From Patescibacteria group bacterium (GTDB lineage Bacteria > Patescibacteriota > WWE3 > UBA101185 > UBA10185), in contig JAUMAA010000001.1 of the NCBI GenBank assembly GCA_032117075.1, positions 13,597 to 77,596 on the forward strand: a stretch of DNA of 64,000 nucleotides, read 5' to 3'. A program made the position numbers and the translations under genes. Shown here piece after piece: positions 17,796 to 27,473 of the stretch. A model generated the notes under the pieces. It searched no databases and had not been told where the DNA came from. It saw only the letters and a list, made by a program, of their open reading frames with translations. Positions within the stretch are counted from its first letter, which is position 1; every line of letters begins with the position of its first letter.

Positions 17796-18338
17796 TTACT
17801 TCTCGAAATTTTTCATAGCTAAATCTTTTCCGTTGGTGATTAGAAATCCACTTATTAAAGAGAATGCGGCCATTAAGATATAAAGACCTTCGTTTCCAGT
17901 TGTAGGAACTCCTGTTGCAGTTGTAGTATCTGTATATAATGTTACCGCTGGGGCTGTTGTAGTTACTGTTGTTGTAGGAAAAGTAACAATAGATGGTGGT
18001 GTTGTATCCGCAGTCTCATCATAAGTATCTCTAATTTGAGCTAGCATTCCACCACTAGGAACTTCTGAAGTTGAATTAGAGTTTGATGTAACACCAAGAA
18101 CTTCTTTTTTTACATCAATAGAGGAGTTTTCTAATTTATCACTAGAAGTAGTACTTGTTGTATCTTCTTCCATTACTAACTTAGTATTGGTGTCCTTTCT
18201 TGCTGTTGAGGATTCTACTGTTTCAGTTGTTTCAGAACTATCTGAAAGTAGAAAGTAAAATGAACCGAAAACAAATACTGAGATTACTAAGCTTGTTACG
18301 AATGTTTTGATTGTCTTTGAAATAAAATTATTTTGCAT
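17796..18338 (-). CDS. Thr/Ser-rich secreted protein with a C-terminal sortase-type sorting signal (VPTTG + hydrophobic segment + basic tail)
   Basis: N-terminal signal/TM (FVTSLVISVFVFGSFYFLL); low-complexity T/S-rich middle; C-terminus ...TGVPTTGNEGLYILMAAFSLISGFLITNGKDLAMKNFEK. Convergent with and adjacent to the sortase gene. Confidence 0.5.
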   Translation of the reverse strand: MQNNFISKTIKTFVTSLVISVFVFGSFYFLLSDSSETTETVESSTARKDTNTKLVMEEDTTSTTSSDKLENSSIDVKKEVLGVTSNSNSTSEVPSGGMLAQIRDTYDETADTTPPSIVTFPTTTVTTTAPAVTLYTDTTTATGVPTTGNEGLYILMAAFSLISGFLITNGKDLAMKNFEK

Positions 18339-18522
18339 TGGCAGGTATTAATTCATTAAATAAATTACTATATATATCTATTAAAGCATTGGTATTTTCG
18401 ATGTCAAGTATTCTCTTTTTTAACTCTGTAATTTCCTGGTTTTTATTTACTGTACTTATTAAAATAAAGTTAGAAGAGATAACTGATATTAGTAATAGTG
18501 TTATAAAAAGTTTTTTTATCAT
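18328..18522 (-). CDS. small single-pass membrane protein with a coiled-coil tail
   Basis: 64 aa: TM helix (LFITLLLISVISSNFILI) then EITELKKRILDIEN. Overlaps both flanking genes. Confidence 0.3.
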   Translation of the reverse strand: MIKKLFITLLLISVISSNFILISTVNKNQEITELKKRILDIENTNALIDIYSNLFNELIPANAK

Positions 18523-19019
18523 TTTTGATCCACCAATATTCTAAGATTTAATTTTACTTTTACATATTGCCCGCTTATCTCAATTTCACTGTTTGATATT
18601 TCTGTTAGAGGTAGTTCTTTTTCTATTTCGTTTATTGTTTTGGATATTCCGTCAAGTGTTCCATAAAGAATTAATTCCATGTTAATTTCTTTGTCTAATG
18701 AACTTAAGATAGTACTCTGATAAATTTGAATATTTTTTTCATTTGTTTTTAAGACTAGTTTTTCAATATATTCGGAAACACTTGTTGTAGATTTGAATCT
18801 ATTTTTTAATATATTTGAGTCTTGAAGTGGTTTTGAGGTATTGATATTAAATTGATCAATTTCTTGATCTAATGCTTTAATTGTATTTTTATTACTATCG
18901 AAATTTTTGATATTTTCTAAATAAATTGAAAGGCCATTTACTAGAAGAAAGATTAATACTGTATTAAGTAATATCCCAACTGTTGTAAATGTATAAAATA
19001 ATTTTCTATCTTCCATCAA
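18519..19019 (-). CDS. PilO-like bitopic membrane protein (possible type IV pilus or divisome alignment component)
   Basis: Short N-terminal region, one TM helix (FTTVGILLNTVLIFLLVNGLSIYL), then a coiled-coil periplasmic domain. Only the topology resembles PilO; there is no strong motif. Confidence 0.3.
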   Translation of the reverse strand: MMEDRKLFYTFTTVGILLNTVLIFLLVNGLSIYLENIKNFDSNKNTIKALDQEIDQFNINTSKPLQDSNILKNRFKSTTSVSEYIEKLVLKTNEKNIQIYQSTILSSLDKEINMELILYGTLDGISKTINEIEKELPLTEISNSEIEISGQYVKVKLNLRILVDQK

Positions 19020-19596
19020 TTTCTCCTACAAATGTATATTTTATTTCTTTATTTTCATCTATCCTTTCTATTGTTTCTAGTTTAATGCTTTTAAGTTTTG
19101 GGTTTTTACTTTGAAATTCCTTTATCTTCTCCTCAATATTTTGACTTGAATAAAAAAAGATAATTTTGAAACTATATTGATTGTCTACCTGATTAAATTG
19201 AATTAATTCTAAATTTGGATTTCCTATAAAAGAGAGAAGTGAAGATACTTCACTATAAAAAACACTTTGCTTAACTTTTATACTTTGATTTGCTTCTTTA
19301 AATCTTTTTAGATATTCTACTTCCGAATTTAGCTCGTAGATATATGTTTCTCTTGATTTGATTAGATCAATGTTTTGTTGAGTTTTTTCATCTATTTTAA
19401 ATTGCGAATTGCTTGTTAAGTTGAGGTAGGTTGTAAAAGAAACCCCTATTGAGAGAAAGACACTTATAAAAAAAATAAAATTCGTAATTCTTTGATCTTG
19501 ACCAGATTCTATAGATGGTAAATTGTCTAAAAGATTCAAATGTTTTTCGTTATTGAAACTATTTTGATTTTGATTTTTTGGCAGTTGGTTTGGCAT
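19006..19596 (-). CDS. PilN-like bitopic membrane protein
   Basis: About 40 cytoplasmic residues containing HLNLLDNLP (compare the PilN 'INLLP' motif), one TM helix, then a periplasmic coiled-coil. The ORF-track start overlaps the rpsT 3' end by 38 nt. Confidence 0.35.
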   Translation of the reverse strand: MPNQLPKNQNQNSFNNEKHLNLLDNLPSIESGQDQRITNFIFFISVFLSIGVSFTTYLNLTSNSQFKIDEKTQQNIDLIKSRETYIYELNSEVEYLKRFKEANQSIKVKQSVFYSEVSSLLSFIGNPNLELIQFNQVDNQYSFKIIFFYSSQNIEEKIKEFQSKNPKLKSIKLETIERIDENKEIKYTFVGEIDGR

Positions 19597-19861
19597 CAGT
19601 AGATTTAGCTACTTTGTTTGAGAGCTTTGATTTAATTCTATTAATTTTATTTCTATGCATTACTTTTTCTTTTGATGCCTTATCTAGAACTTTTTGTGCA
19701 AGTGATAGGGACTTAGTTAAGTCTTCTTGTGACTTACCATCCTTAATTAAATTCTGTAGGTTTTTAATTGCTGTTTTGATTCTTTTCTTCCATCCTAGGT
19801 TGTGGATGTGTTTTTTATTTGAGCTTCTTACAGCTTTTTTTGCTGAACTTGTGTTTGCCAT
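19559..19861 (-). CDS. rpsT: 30S ribosomal protein S20
   Basis: MANTSSAKKAVRSSNKKHIHNLGWKKRIKTAIKNL...: Lys/Arg-rich, about 100 aa, typical bS20 N-terminus. Confidence 0.9.
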   Translation of the reverse strand: MANTSSAKKAVRSSNKKHIHNLGWKKRIKTAIKNLQNLIKDGKSQEDLTKSLSLAQKVLDKASKEKVMHRNKINRIKSKLSNKVAKSTDAKPTAKKSKSK

Positions 19862-19895
19862 ATGTAATACTAATTATGATAACATAACATTGTTT

Positions 19896-21548
19896 ATGGT
19901 CAAGTCATCAGGGCAGAAAATCAAGCAACTACTTACTATTACCTCCAATTCTATTCTTTCTGCTGCTTTCGTTATTTCTTTTTTTTATTTTATTTCTGCT
20001 GTTCTAGGATTACTTAAATCTAGGTTTATCATTTCTTATTTTGGAGCTTCTGAAAGTCTTGGTATTTACTATATTGCTGATAGAATCCCAAGTGCCATTT
20101 ATTCAACAATTTTTTTGGGAACATTTTCAACTGTTTTTATACCCTTGTTTACTAGGATTAATAAAGATGATGTTGAGGAATCCTATAAATTTGCTTCAAA
20201 TCTCTTTAATGTTCTTTTGACCTTTTTCTTAATAATAAGTATTCTTATAGCTATTTTTTCCCATGAAATACTCTATCTTTTAACCCTTGGGAAAGTTGGA
20301 CTTGACGAGTTGATCCTTGGTGTAGATTTACTTAGGATTATGTTGATTGGACAAGTTATTCTTATTATTAGTTCTTTTTTAACCTCAATTCTTAATGCTA
20401 AGAGACACTACCTATCAACATCTCTATCCCCGGTATTATTTAATATTGGATTTATAGTTTCACTACCACTTCTTCAGCCTTTCTTTGGAATTTATAGCTT
20501 GTCTTGGGCGATGGTTATAGGTGCAGTTTTTCACTTGCTAATTCAAATTCCTTCAATGTTTTTTATTGATTTCAAATATTTATTATTTTTTACCAATCTT
20601 AAAGATAAAAATTTGAAAGAATCAATTAAACTTTCTAGTGTAAATTTTATGACTACTCTTTTGGGTCACCTTGTTGCAGTCGCCGAAAATTCATTAGCCT
20701 TTTTGATATCCGCATCCTCCGTAGTTTATTTTAAATTAGCTGATCAGCTCCGTTATTTCCCAGTACATTTATTTGGGGCTTCAATATCAATTGCAGCTCT
20801 TCCCATAATGGCAGAAGAGTACAATGAAGGCGATAAGGATAATTTTTTTAGAATTATTAAAACCTCTCTTTTACAGATTCTGTATTTAAGTCTTCCAGTT
20901 ATGGTCCTTCTCATAGTTCTAAAGCTTCCAATTGTCAGACTGGTTTACGGTGCAGAAAAATTTACTTGGGAAGATACTTTAATAACAGCCCTTTGTTTGG
21001 CTATATTTTCACTTTCCATTCTTTCTCAATCAGCTTCCATTTTTCTTTCTAGATGTTTTTATGCTCTAAAAGATTCATTTCACCCATTTATTGCAACTCT
21101 AATTACTTTAATTATTACAATCACTTTTCCTCTCTACTTCATTTTTAATGGGTACGGGGTTTGGGCTGTTGTTGCTGGGTATGTGGTAGGTTCCTATATT
21201 AATTTGATTTATTTTTTATTTATGTTGAAAATAAAAATATCATTCCCATTAAGAGAATTATTTTCTTCTAGTGCAAAGATTTTTGCTTCAGGGTTTTTAA
21301 TGAGTTTATTTTTATATTTTCCTATGAGATTAATTGATACCTACCTACTTGATACTGCTTATGTCCTAGATCTTATTTACTTAACTGTCGGTGTATCAAC
21401 TTTAGGATTGGTAATTTATTTTATAGTTTCATATAAATTAAAAGTTCCTGAGGTATTACTATTATTTAAAGCTTTAAGAAAGTTAAAAGTTTCATCCAAG
21501 AATTTAGAAAATCTAGAAAATCAGTTAAATCAATCCATCTCTTCATAA
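19896..21548 (+). CDS. murJ: lipid II flippase MurJ (MviN)
   Basis: The true start is probably the ATG at 19896 (MVKSSGQKIKQLL...); the upstream part of the ORF-track entry is antisense to rpsT. About 14 TM helices; MurJ-like N-terminus LGLLKSRFIISYFGASESLGIYYIADRIPSAIYSTIFLGTFSTVFIPLF. Confidence 0.8.
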   Translation: MVKSSGQKIKQLLTITSNSILSAAFVISFFYFISAVLGLLKSRFIISYFGASESLGIYYIADRIPSAIYSTIFLGTFSTVFIPLFTRINKDDVEESYKFASNLFNVLLTFFLIISILIAIFSHEILYLLTLGKVGLDELILGVDLLRIMLIGQVILIISSFLTSILNAKRHYLSTSLSPVLFNIGFIVSLPLLQPFFGIYSLSWAMVIGAVFHLLIQIPSMFFIDFKYLLFFTNLKDKNLKESIKLSSVNFMTTLLGHLVAVAENSLAFLISASSVVYFKLADQLRYFPVHLFGASISIAALPIMAEEYNEGDKDNFFRIIKTSLLQILYLSLPVMVLLIVLKLPIVRLVYGAEKFTWEDTLITALCLAIFSLSILSQSASIFLSRCFYALKDSFHPFIATLITLIITITFPLYFIFNGYGVWAVVAGYVVGSYINLIYFLFMLKIKISFPLRELFSSSAKIFASGFLMSLFLYFPMRLIDTYLLDTAYVLDLIYLTVGVSTLGLVIYFIVSYKLKVPEVLLLFKALRKLKVSSKNLENLENQLNQSISS

Positions 21549-21595
21549 TTCAAGAAAGCACTAAATATGCTATTTCTTGGTAAAATACACCTGTT

Positions 21596-23419
21596 ATGGA
21601 AAAAAAACAGCTAATAGATTCAGCAAATATTAGGAATTTTTGTATTATTGCACATATTGATCATGGAAAATCTACCCTAGCAGATAGACTTCTTGAGTAT
21701 ACTAAAACCATCGAAAAAAGAGACTTAAAAGAACAAACCCTTGATTCACTGGATCTTGAAAAAGAAAGAGGTATTACTATTAAACTCAAGCCTGTAAGAA
21801 TGGAATACACTTTAGATAGTGATTTGTATGAATTAAATCTGATTGATACTCCCGGACATGTTGACTTCTCCTATGAGGTTTCAAGGTCTCTTGCTGCTTG
21901 TGAAGGTGCTATTTTAGTAGTTGATGCTACTCAGGGTATTCAAGCCCAAACTGTTTCAAATGTTTATAAAGCAATTGATGCTAATTTAACAATTATTCCC
22001 GTACTGAATAAAATAGATTTACCGTCCTCGGATGTTGAAAAAGTTGCTAATGACTTAGTAAATACTTTCGGTTTTTCTCATGACGAGATATTAAAAGTCA
22101 GTGCCAAAACTGGTGAAGGAGTCCACGAGCTTATTAAAGAGGTCATTGATAGAATTCCTACACCTATTAATAATATAGACAAACCTTTAAGAGCATTAAT
22201 TTTTGATTCATTTTACGATTCATATTTAGGGGTAGTGGCAGTTGTTAAGGTGGTAGACGGATCTATTTCAACGAAGGAAATCTCTACAAGAAAAGAACTT
22301 AAATTTTTTGCTACTAATTCCTTTTCAATTCCAGAAGGGATTGGAACTTTTCAACCAACCAGAAAACCTTGCGAATTGCTTAGAAGTGGGGAGGTAGGTT
22401 ATATCGTGACAGGTCTTAAAAATATTTCAAAAGTAAAAGTTGGAGATACTATCGGATTTACTGCTAATGGTACCTTAGAAGAACTTCCTGGTTATAAAGA
22501 AGTAAAACCTTTTGTGTTCTTATCAATTTATACAGTTGATAATGACAAATTTCCAGACTTGAGAGAAGCTCTTGAGAAAATGGCCCTAACTGATTCTTCG
22601 ATTTCATATGAGCCTGAAAACAATATGGCTTTAGGGTTTGGTTTTAGATGTGGATTTTTAGGACTACTTCATGCTGATGTTATTCAAGAAAGACTTGAAA
22701 GAGAATTTAATTTAGACTTAATTTCCACAACTCCTTCTGTTGAATATCAAGTTGACCTAACTTCTGGAGAATCTATCGAAGTAAGAACTGCTTATGATAT
22801 GCCTGATGTGACTAGAATTTCTCAGATCAGAGAGCCTTGGATTTTAATGACCATCGTAACCCCAAATACTTATACAGGGCCAATTATCACTCTTTGTGAA
22901 ACTAAAAGAGGAACAATGAAAAAAATGGAATACCCAACAACAGACAGAGTAATTTTTGAATACGAAATTCCTTTAGTAGAACTTATTTCAAATTTCTTTG
23001 ATGAATTAAAAAGCATCACTTCTGGTTATGCTTCTTTAGATTATGAAATGCTTGATTATAGACCTGTGAAAGCAGTAAAGGTTGATATTTTGGTCCATAA
23101 CCAAATTGTTCCACCCCTTTCCTTTATTGTTGTCAGAGAGAAAGCAGAGTTAACTTCTAGAGCTTTGTTAAAAAAATTAAAAGATATTATTCCAAGACAA
23201 CAATTTCAAGTTTCTTTACAAGCTGCGATTAATTCTAAAGTTATTGCTAGAGAGGATTTGTCTGGATTTAGAAAAGACGTTTTAGCTAAAATGTCTGGAG
23301 GACATAGAGAAAGAAAAGATAAACTTTTAGATATTCAAAAAAAAGGTAAAGAGAGAATGAAGAAGTTTGGAAAAGTTGATATCCCTCAAGACGCCTTTAG
23401 GCAAATTCTTTCTTTATAA
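21596..23419 (+). CDS. lepA: elongation factor 4 (LepA)
   Basis: IRNFCIIAHIDHGKSTLADRLL, DTPGHVDF and NKIDL G-motifs; LepA-specific C-terminal domain. Confidence 0.95.
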   Translation: MEKKQLIDSANIRNFCIIAHIDHGKSTLADRLLEYTKTIEKRDLKEQTLDSLDLEKERGITIKLKPVRMEYTLDSDLYELNLIDTPGHVDFSYEVSRSLAACEGAILVVDATQGIQAQTVSNVYKAIDANLTIIPVLNKIDLPSSDVEKVANDLVNTFGFSHDEILKVSAKTGEGVHELIKEVIDRIPTPINNIDKPLRALIFDSFYDSYLGVVAVVKVVDGSISTKEISTRKELKFFATNSFSIPEGIGTFQPTRKPCELLRSGEVGYIVTGLKNISKVKVGDTIGFTANGTLEELPGYKEVKPFVFLSIYTVDNDKFPDLREALEKMALTDSSISYEPENNMALGFGFRCGFLGLLHADVIQERLEREFNLDLISTTPSVEYQVDLTSGESIEVRTAYDMPDVTRISQIREPWILMTIVTPNTYTGPIITLCETKRGTMKKMEYPTTDRVIFEYEIPLVELISNFFDELKSITSGYASLDYEMLDYRPVKAVKVDILVHNQIVPPLSFIVVREKAELTSRALLKKLKDIIPRQQFQVSLQAAINSKVIAREDLSGFRKDVLAKMSGGHRERKDKLLDIQKKGKERMKKFGKVDIPQDAFRQILSL

Positions 23420-23903
23420 AAATTAGATTATAGAATAGAGATATGGGTACTTTAAAGTCAAAGTTTATTTTAACTACTAGATTTATGTTTTCTGTTAGTT
23501 TCTTATTATTTTCTTTAATGTCCGTATTTTATTTTTTAGATCAATTTTTTTTAAATCGTTCACGAGTTTTCTAACCTATATTTCTGTCTTTATAACTCAT
23601 ATTTCAATTGGATTTTATTTAATAATGCCAATATTAAGATTTATATTTAATTTTAGAAAAATAGAAACTACTGATGAAGTAAAAATGACCTCAGGTTTTT
23701 ATATTAGATATCTTATAGGAATAGGACTATTATATTTATATTTAATGTTTTTTATAGAAATATACCCTGAATACTTTATTATAATTTTTCTTACATTTCA
23801 TGTAATTTGTATAAATACTTTAAAAAACTCTAGTTATATTAATTAAGTTCAGAAACTTAGTTAGTATGAAAATCATACATTTTAACTTTACATATTGATT
23901 TTT

Positions 23904-23930
23904 TTAGCAGAGTTATTATAATAGTGACAA
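23904..23930 (+). promoter_or_regulatory. degenerate CIRCE-like inverted repeat directly upstream of hrcA
   Basis: TTAGCAgag-N9-tAGTGacAA compared with the CIRCE consensus TTAGCACTC-N9-GAGTGCTAA: 12/18 matches with exact 9-nt spacing, ending 1 nt before the hrcA ATG. Confidence 0.3.
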
Positions 23931-24662
23931 ATGACATTTAATTTATCAGAAAGACAAATTAAACTGCTCGATGCTATTATCTCAGAATACCTTTCAACCT
24001 CTGAGCCTGTAGGATCTAATTATCTTGTTAAAAAATATAATTTAACTATATCCCCTGCTACCGTCAGGAACGAGATGGCTGAGCTTTTGAGAAAAGGTTT
24101 TTTGGAGATGTCCCACTCTTCAGCGGGAAGAATTCCTACTTCAATGGCTTACAAATATTTCTTACAAGAACTTTTAGAGGAGGAAGAGTTGCCAGTTTTA
24201 CAAGAAGTAGCGATCAGACAAAAACTATATGCAAATAGATACGAGTTTGAAAAATTACTTCAGAGGGCTGTTGTATCTTTGGCAGATTTGACTCAAGAGT
24301 TGTGTATAGCAGTAACTCATGATGGATTTATGGTTCATGCAGGATCTGTTTACATTTTGGACAAAAAAGAATTTTGGGAAATTGATGTCACCAAAGCAGC
24401 TTTGGGACTTTTGGATAACTTTGAGTTATTTGATCAAATTTTAAGAAGAATACCTGAATATTCAAATGAGGCCCAATATTTGATTGGGGACGAGATTGGA
24501 ATGCCTTCATTAAGAAATTGTTCAATTGTCTTTACAAAGTTTAAAACTCCCAAAACTAGCGGATTTTTAGCAGTACTTGGTCCGTCTAGAATGAAATACC
24601 AAACAGTACTCCCTTCCTTAAAGTACTCAAAAATGTTAATAGAAGAAATACTTAATTCTTAA
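23931..24662 (+). CDS. hrcA: heat-inducible transcription repressor HrcA (short form)
   Basis: N-terminal winged-helix region LLDAIISEYLSTSEPVGSNYLVKKY...SPATVRNEMAELLRKGFL typical of HrcA; followed by grpE-dnaK-dnaJ. Confidence 0.8.
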   Translation: MTFNLSERQIKLLDAIISEYLSTSEPVGSNYLVKKYNLTISPATVRNEMAELLRKGFLEMSHSSAGRIPTSMAYKYFLQELLEEEELPVLQEVAIRQKLYANRYEFEKLLQRAVVSLADLTQELCIAVTHDGFMVHAGSVYILDKKEFWEIDVTKAALGLLDNFELFDQILRRIPEYSNEAQYLIGDEIGMPSLRNCSIVFTKFKTPKTSGFLAVLGPSRMKYQTVLPSLKYSKMLIEEILNS

Positions 24663-24668
24663 ATAATT

Positions 24669-25115
24669 ATGGATGAAAATACAAACAACAATCTATCAGA
24701 AATAGACATTTTAAAGACTCAGATAAACGATTTAGACAATAATTGGAAAAGAGCACTTGCTGATTATAAAAATTTAGTAGATAGAACAAATAAAGAAAAG
24801 AAAGATGTTTATGAATTTGCTAATTCTTCTCTACTTTTGAGCTTACTTCCAGTTTACGATTCTCTTGAAATGCTTGGAAAGTACAATCAAGATCAAGGTT
24901 TGCTTTTGACAATAAAACAGTTCAAACAAGTGTTGAGCGAAGAAGGTTTGAAAGAAATTGAAACAAATGGAAAAGATTATGATGTTAATGAGATGGAAGC
25001 AGTGGATATGGTAGAAGGAGAAGAAGGTAAAGTAGTAGAAGAATTAAGTAAAGGATTTTATTTTAAAGGAAGACTTTTAAGACCTGCAAGGGTAAAAGTT
25101 GGAAAAGGTAATTAA
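24669..25115 (+). CDS. grpE: nucleotide exchange factor GrpE
   Basis: Position between hrcA and dnaK; coiled-coil N-terminus with RALADYKNL; C-terminal beta-domain [16 protein letters not shown]. Confidence 0.85.
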   Translation: MDENTNNNLSEIDILKTQINDLDNNWKRALADYKNLVDRTNKEKKDVYEFANSSLLLSLLPVYDSLEMLGKYNQDQGLLLTIKQFKQVLSEEGLKEIETNGKDYDVNEMEAVDMVEGEEGKVVEELSKGFYFKGRLLRPARVKVGKGN

Positions 25116-25135
25116 TTTTAAAGGAGGACAACCAT

Positions 25136-27010
25136 ATGGGTAAAATAATAGGTATTGACCTAGGTACAACAAATTCTGCCGTAGTATTTCTTGAAGGGGG
25201 AAACCCTAAAGTTATTCCAAGTCATGAAGGAACAAATACAACTCCTTCCGTTGTCGCACTTGGTAAAAACGATGTTGTAGGAATTCCTGCAAAAAGACAA
25301 CAAATAGTAAATCCGAAGAACACAATTTTTTCAGCTAAAAGACTGATGGGAAGAATGTATTCTGATCCTGAAATTCAAAAGCTAAAAAACGATATGCCTT
25401 ACTCAATTGTTGAAGGTAAAAATGGAATGGCTTGTATTGAGGTTGAGGGAAAAGTGTATACTCCACAAGAAATTTCTGCAAAAATTTTAACTAAACTTAA
25501 AGCTGATGCTGAAAGTTTTTTAGGAGAGCCGATAACTGAAGCTGTTATTACAGTTCCAGCCTATTTTAATGATGCACAAAGAAGTGCTACTAAGGAGGCG
25601 GGAACAATTGCAGGACTTGATGTTAAAAGAATTATCAACGAACCAACTGCTGCATCTTTGGCATACGGACTCGATAAAAAAACTAATGAGAAAATTGTAG
25701 TTTACGACTTAGGAGGAGGAACATTTGATGTTTCTGTTCTTGAGATAGGTGATGGAGTTTTTGAAGTTAAGGCAACTAATGGAGATACTCATTTGGGGGG
25801 AGATGACTTCGACCAACATATAATTGATTACTTAATTTCAGAATTTAAGAAATCAGACGGAATTGACTTGGCAAACGATAAACAAGCTCTTCAAAGACTC
25901 AAAGATGCTGCTGAAAAAGCTAAAATTGAACTTTCATCGGCTCTTGAAACTGATGTCAACATCCCATTTATTACAGCCGATGCTTCTGGACCAAAACATA
26001 TCAATATCAAATTAACTAGAGCAAAATTAGAAAGTTTAGTTGATGATTTGATTCAAAGAACTATTGTTCCAATTGAAAATGCTTTGAAGGATTCAGGAAT
26101 TTCTAAAAATCAAATTGATGAAATTGTAATGGTTGGTGGAATGACCAGAATGCCAAAAGTCCAAGAAGTTGTTAAAAGCTATTTTGGTAAAGATACCAAC
26201 AGGTCTATCAATCCTGATGAAGTTGTAGCAATCGGTGCTGCAATTCAAGGAGGTGTTTTGTCTGGACAAGTTAAAGATGTTTTACTTTTAGATGTTACCC
26301 CTTTAACTCTAGGTATTGAAACTTTGGGAAGTGTTTCAACCCCTCTCATTAAGAGAAATACTACTGTTCCTACTTCTGCATCACAAGTATTCTCAACAGC
26401 AGCAGACAATCAAACATCCGTAGAAATAAATATTTTACAGGGTGAAAGAGAGATGGCAGCTGATAATAAATCACTTGGTAGATTCATTTTAGATGGTATC
26501 CCTCCAGCACATAGAGGAGTTCCTCAAATTGAGGTAACCTTTGATATTGATGCTAATGGGTTACTGCATGTTTCAGCAAAAGAAAAAGTAACTGGTAAGG
26601 AACAAAAAATTACCATTACAGGATCAACTGGACTTGATAAAAATGAAGTAGAAAGAATCGTTAGAGAAGCAGAAGCAAACAAAGAAGCTGACAAGAAAAG
26701 AAAAGAGGAAGCAGAAAGTAGAAACCATGCTGAAAGTTTGATTCATCAAGCTAAAAAGGCAATAATTGAAGCGGGTGATAATTTACCTACCGAAACAAAA
26801 ACTGAAATTGAAGAGAAAATCAAATCCTTAGAGGATGTATTGTCTACAGCTTCCAAAGAAGAGTTGGATAAAAAAACTAATGAGTTAAATGAAACTTTGG
26901 CCAAATTTGGAGATCAACTTTATAAAAAAGATGAACCAAAAAATGACCAGGGAGGAAACAATACTCAAAACAATCCAAACGAACCAATGGAAGGTGAAAT
27001 AGTTTCTTAA
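25136..27010 (+). CDS. dnaK: chaperone DnaK (Hsp70)
   Basis: [20 protein letters not shown] and [12 protein letters not shown]: full Hsp70 signatures. Confidence 0.97.
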   Translation: MGKIIGIDLGTTNSAVVFLEGGNPKVIPSHEGTNTTPSVVALGKNDVVGIPAKRQQIVNPKNTIFSAKRLMGRMYSDPEIQKLKNDMPYSIVEGKNGMACIEVEGKVYTPQEISAKILTKLKADAESFLGEPITEAVITVPAYFNDAQRSATKEAGTIAGLDVKRIINEPTAASLAYGLDKKTNEKIVVYDLGGGTFDVSVLEIGDGVFEVKATNGDTHLGGDDFDQHIIDYLISEFKKSDGIDLANDKQALQRLKDAAEKAKIELSSALETDVNIPFITADASGPKHINIKLTRAKLESLVDDLIQRTIVPIENALKDSGISKNQIDEIVMVGGMTRMPKVQEVVKSYFGKDTNRSINPDEVVAIGAAIQGGVLSGQVKDVLLLDVTPLTLGIETLGSVSTPLIKRNTTVPTSASQVFSTAADNQTSVEINILQGEREMAADNKSLGRFILDGIPPAHRGVPQIEVTFDIDANGLLHVSAKEKVTGKEQKITITGSTGLDKNEVERIVREAEANKEADKKRKEEAESRNHAESLIHQAKKAIIEAGDNLPTETKTEIEEKIKSLEDVLSTASKEELDKKTNELNETLAKFGDQLYKKDEPKNDQGGNNTQNNPNEPMEGEIVS

Positions 27011-27048
27011 GTTTTGTATTTAGGAAATTTAAAAAGATAAATGAAGAT

Positions 27049-27071
27049 GGCGCGGCTTAAAAAGCCGCGCC
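27049..27071. terminator. bidirectional GC-rich terminator hairpin after dnaK
   Basis: GGCGCGGCU-uaaaa-AGCCGCGCC, a perfect 9-bp stem. The minus-strand side is followed by a U-rich run. Confidence 0.7.
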
Positions 27072-27080
27072 ATTTCTCTC

Positions 27081-27410
27081 TCACAAATTCACATTTTCCA
27101 TAATCAGTTTGAATATGGAAAAAGTGAGGTAAACCCGCTCCAAGGAAAAGGGTTTTAGGTAACCTGCAGCAATTGCAGTACCTGCACCTAAAAACACCCA
27201 GCTCCCTAACATTTGCGAAGTGGCAAATGTTAAAACGTATCCGTCTCTTAGAACTATTCGTTTAATCAAACTTTCAGCATAGCTGATGTTTGTTTCTTTC
27301 GAAAGTCTTGAGAGGACATTTCTGGCAATGAGCATTATTCTTATTCTCAGGGCAATTGCCGAGGAACTAAGAACCGCTCCCCCAACAAGGGCCATAATTT
27401 CGGTGAACAC
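27081..27410 (-). CDS. hypothetical membrane protein (antisense-oriented inside the dnaK-dnaJ cluster)
   Basis: 109-aa ORF with 3 hydrophobic segments (IMALVGGAVLSSSAIAL, LGSWVFLGAGTAIAAGYL); no family recognised. Confidence 0.35.
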   Translation of the reverse strand: MFTEIMALVGGAVLSSSAIALRIRIMLIARNVLSRLSKETNISYAESLIKRIVLRDGYVLTFATSQMLGSWVFLGAGTAIAAGYLKPFSLERVYLTFSIFKLIMENVNL

Positions 27411-27473
27411 TGACTCTCTCCTTTCAGATCAGGAAGAATTTTACCATAAATTAGGTACTTTTTGGTAAAATAA

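Noticed and set aside
19578-19895. Long N-terminal extension of the MurJ ORF (656 aa in the track)
   Set aside because: The first 106 codons are antisense to rpsT and lack MurJ-like hydrophobic character. The ATG at 19896 gives a standard MurJ N-terminus, so the extension is an ORF-caller artefact.
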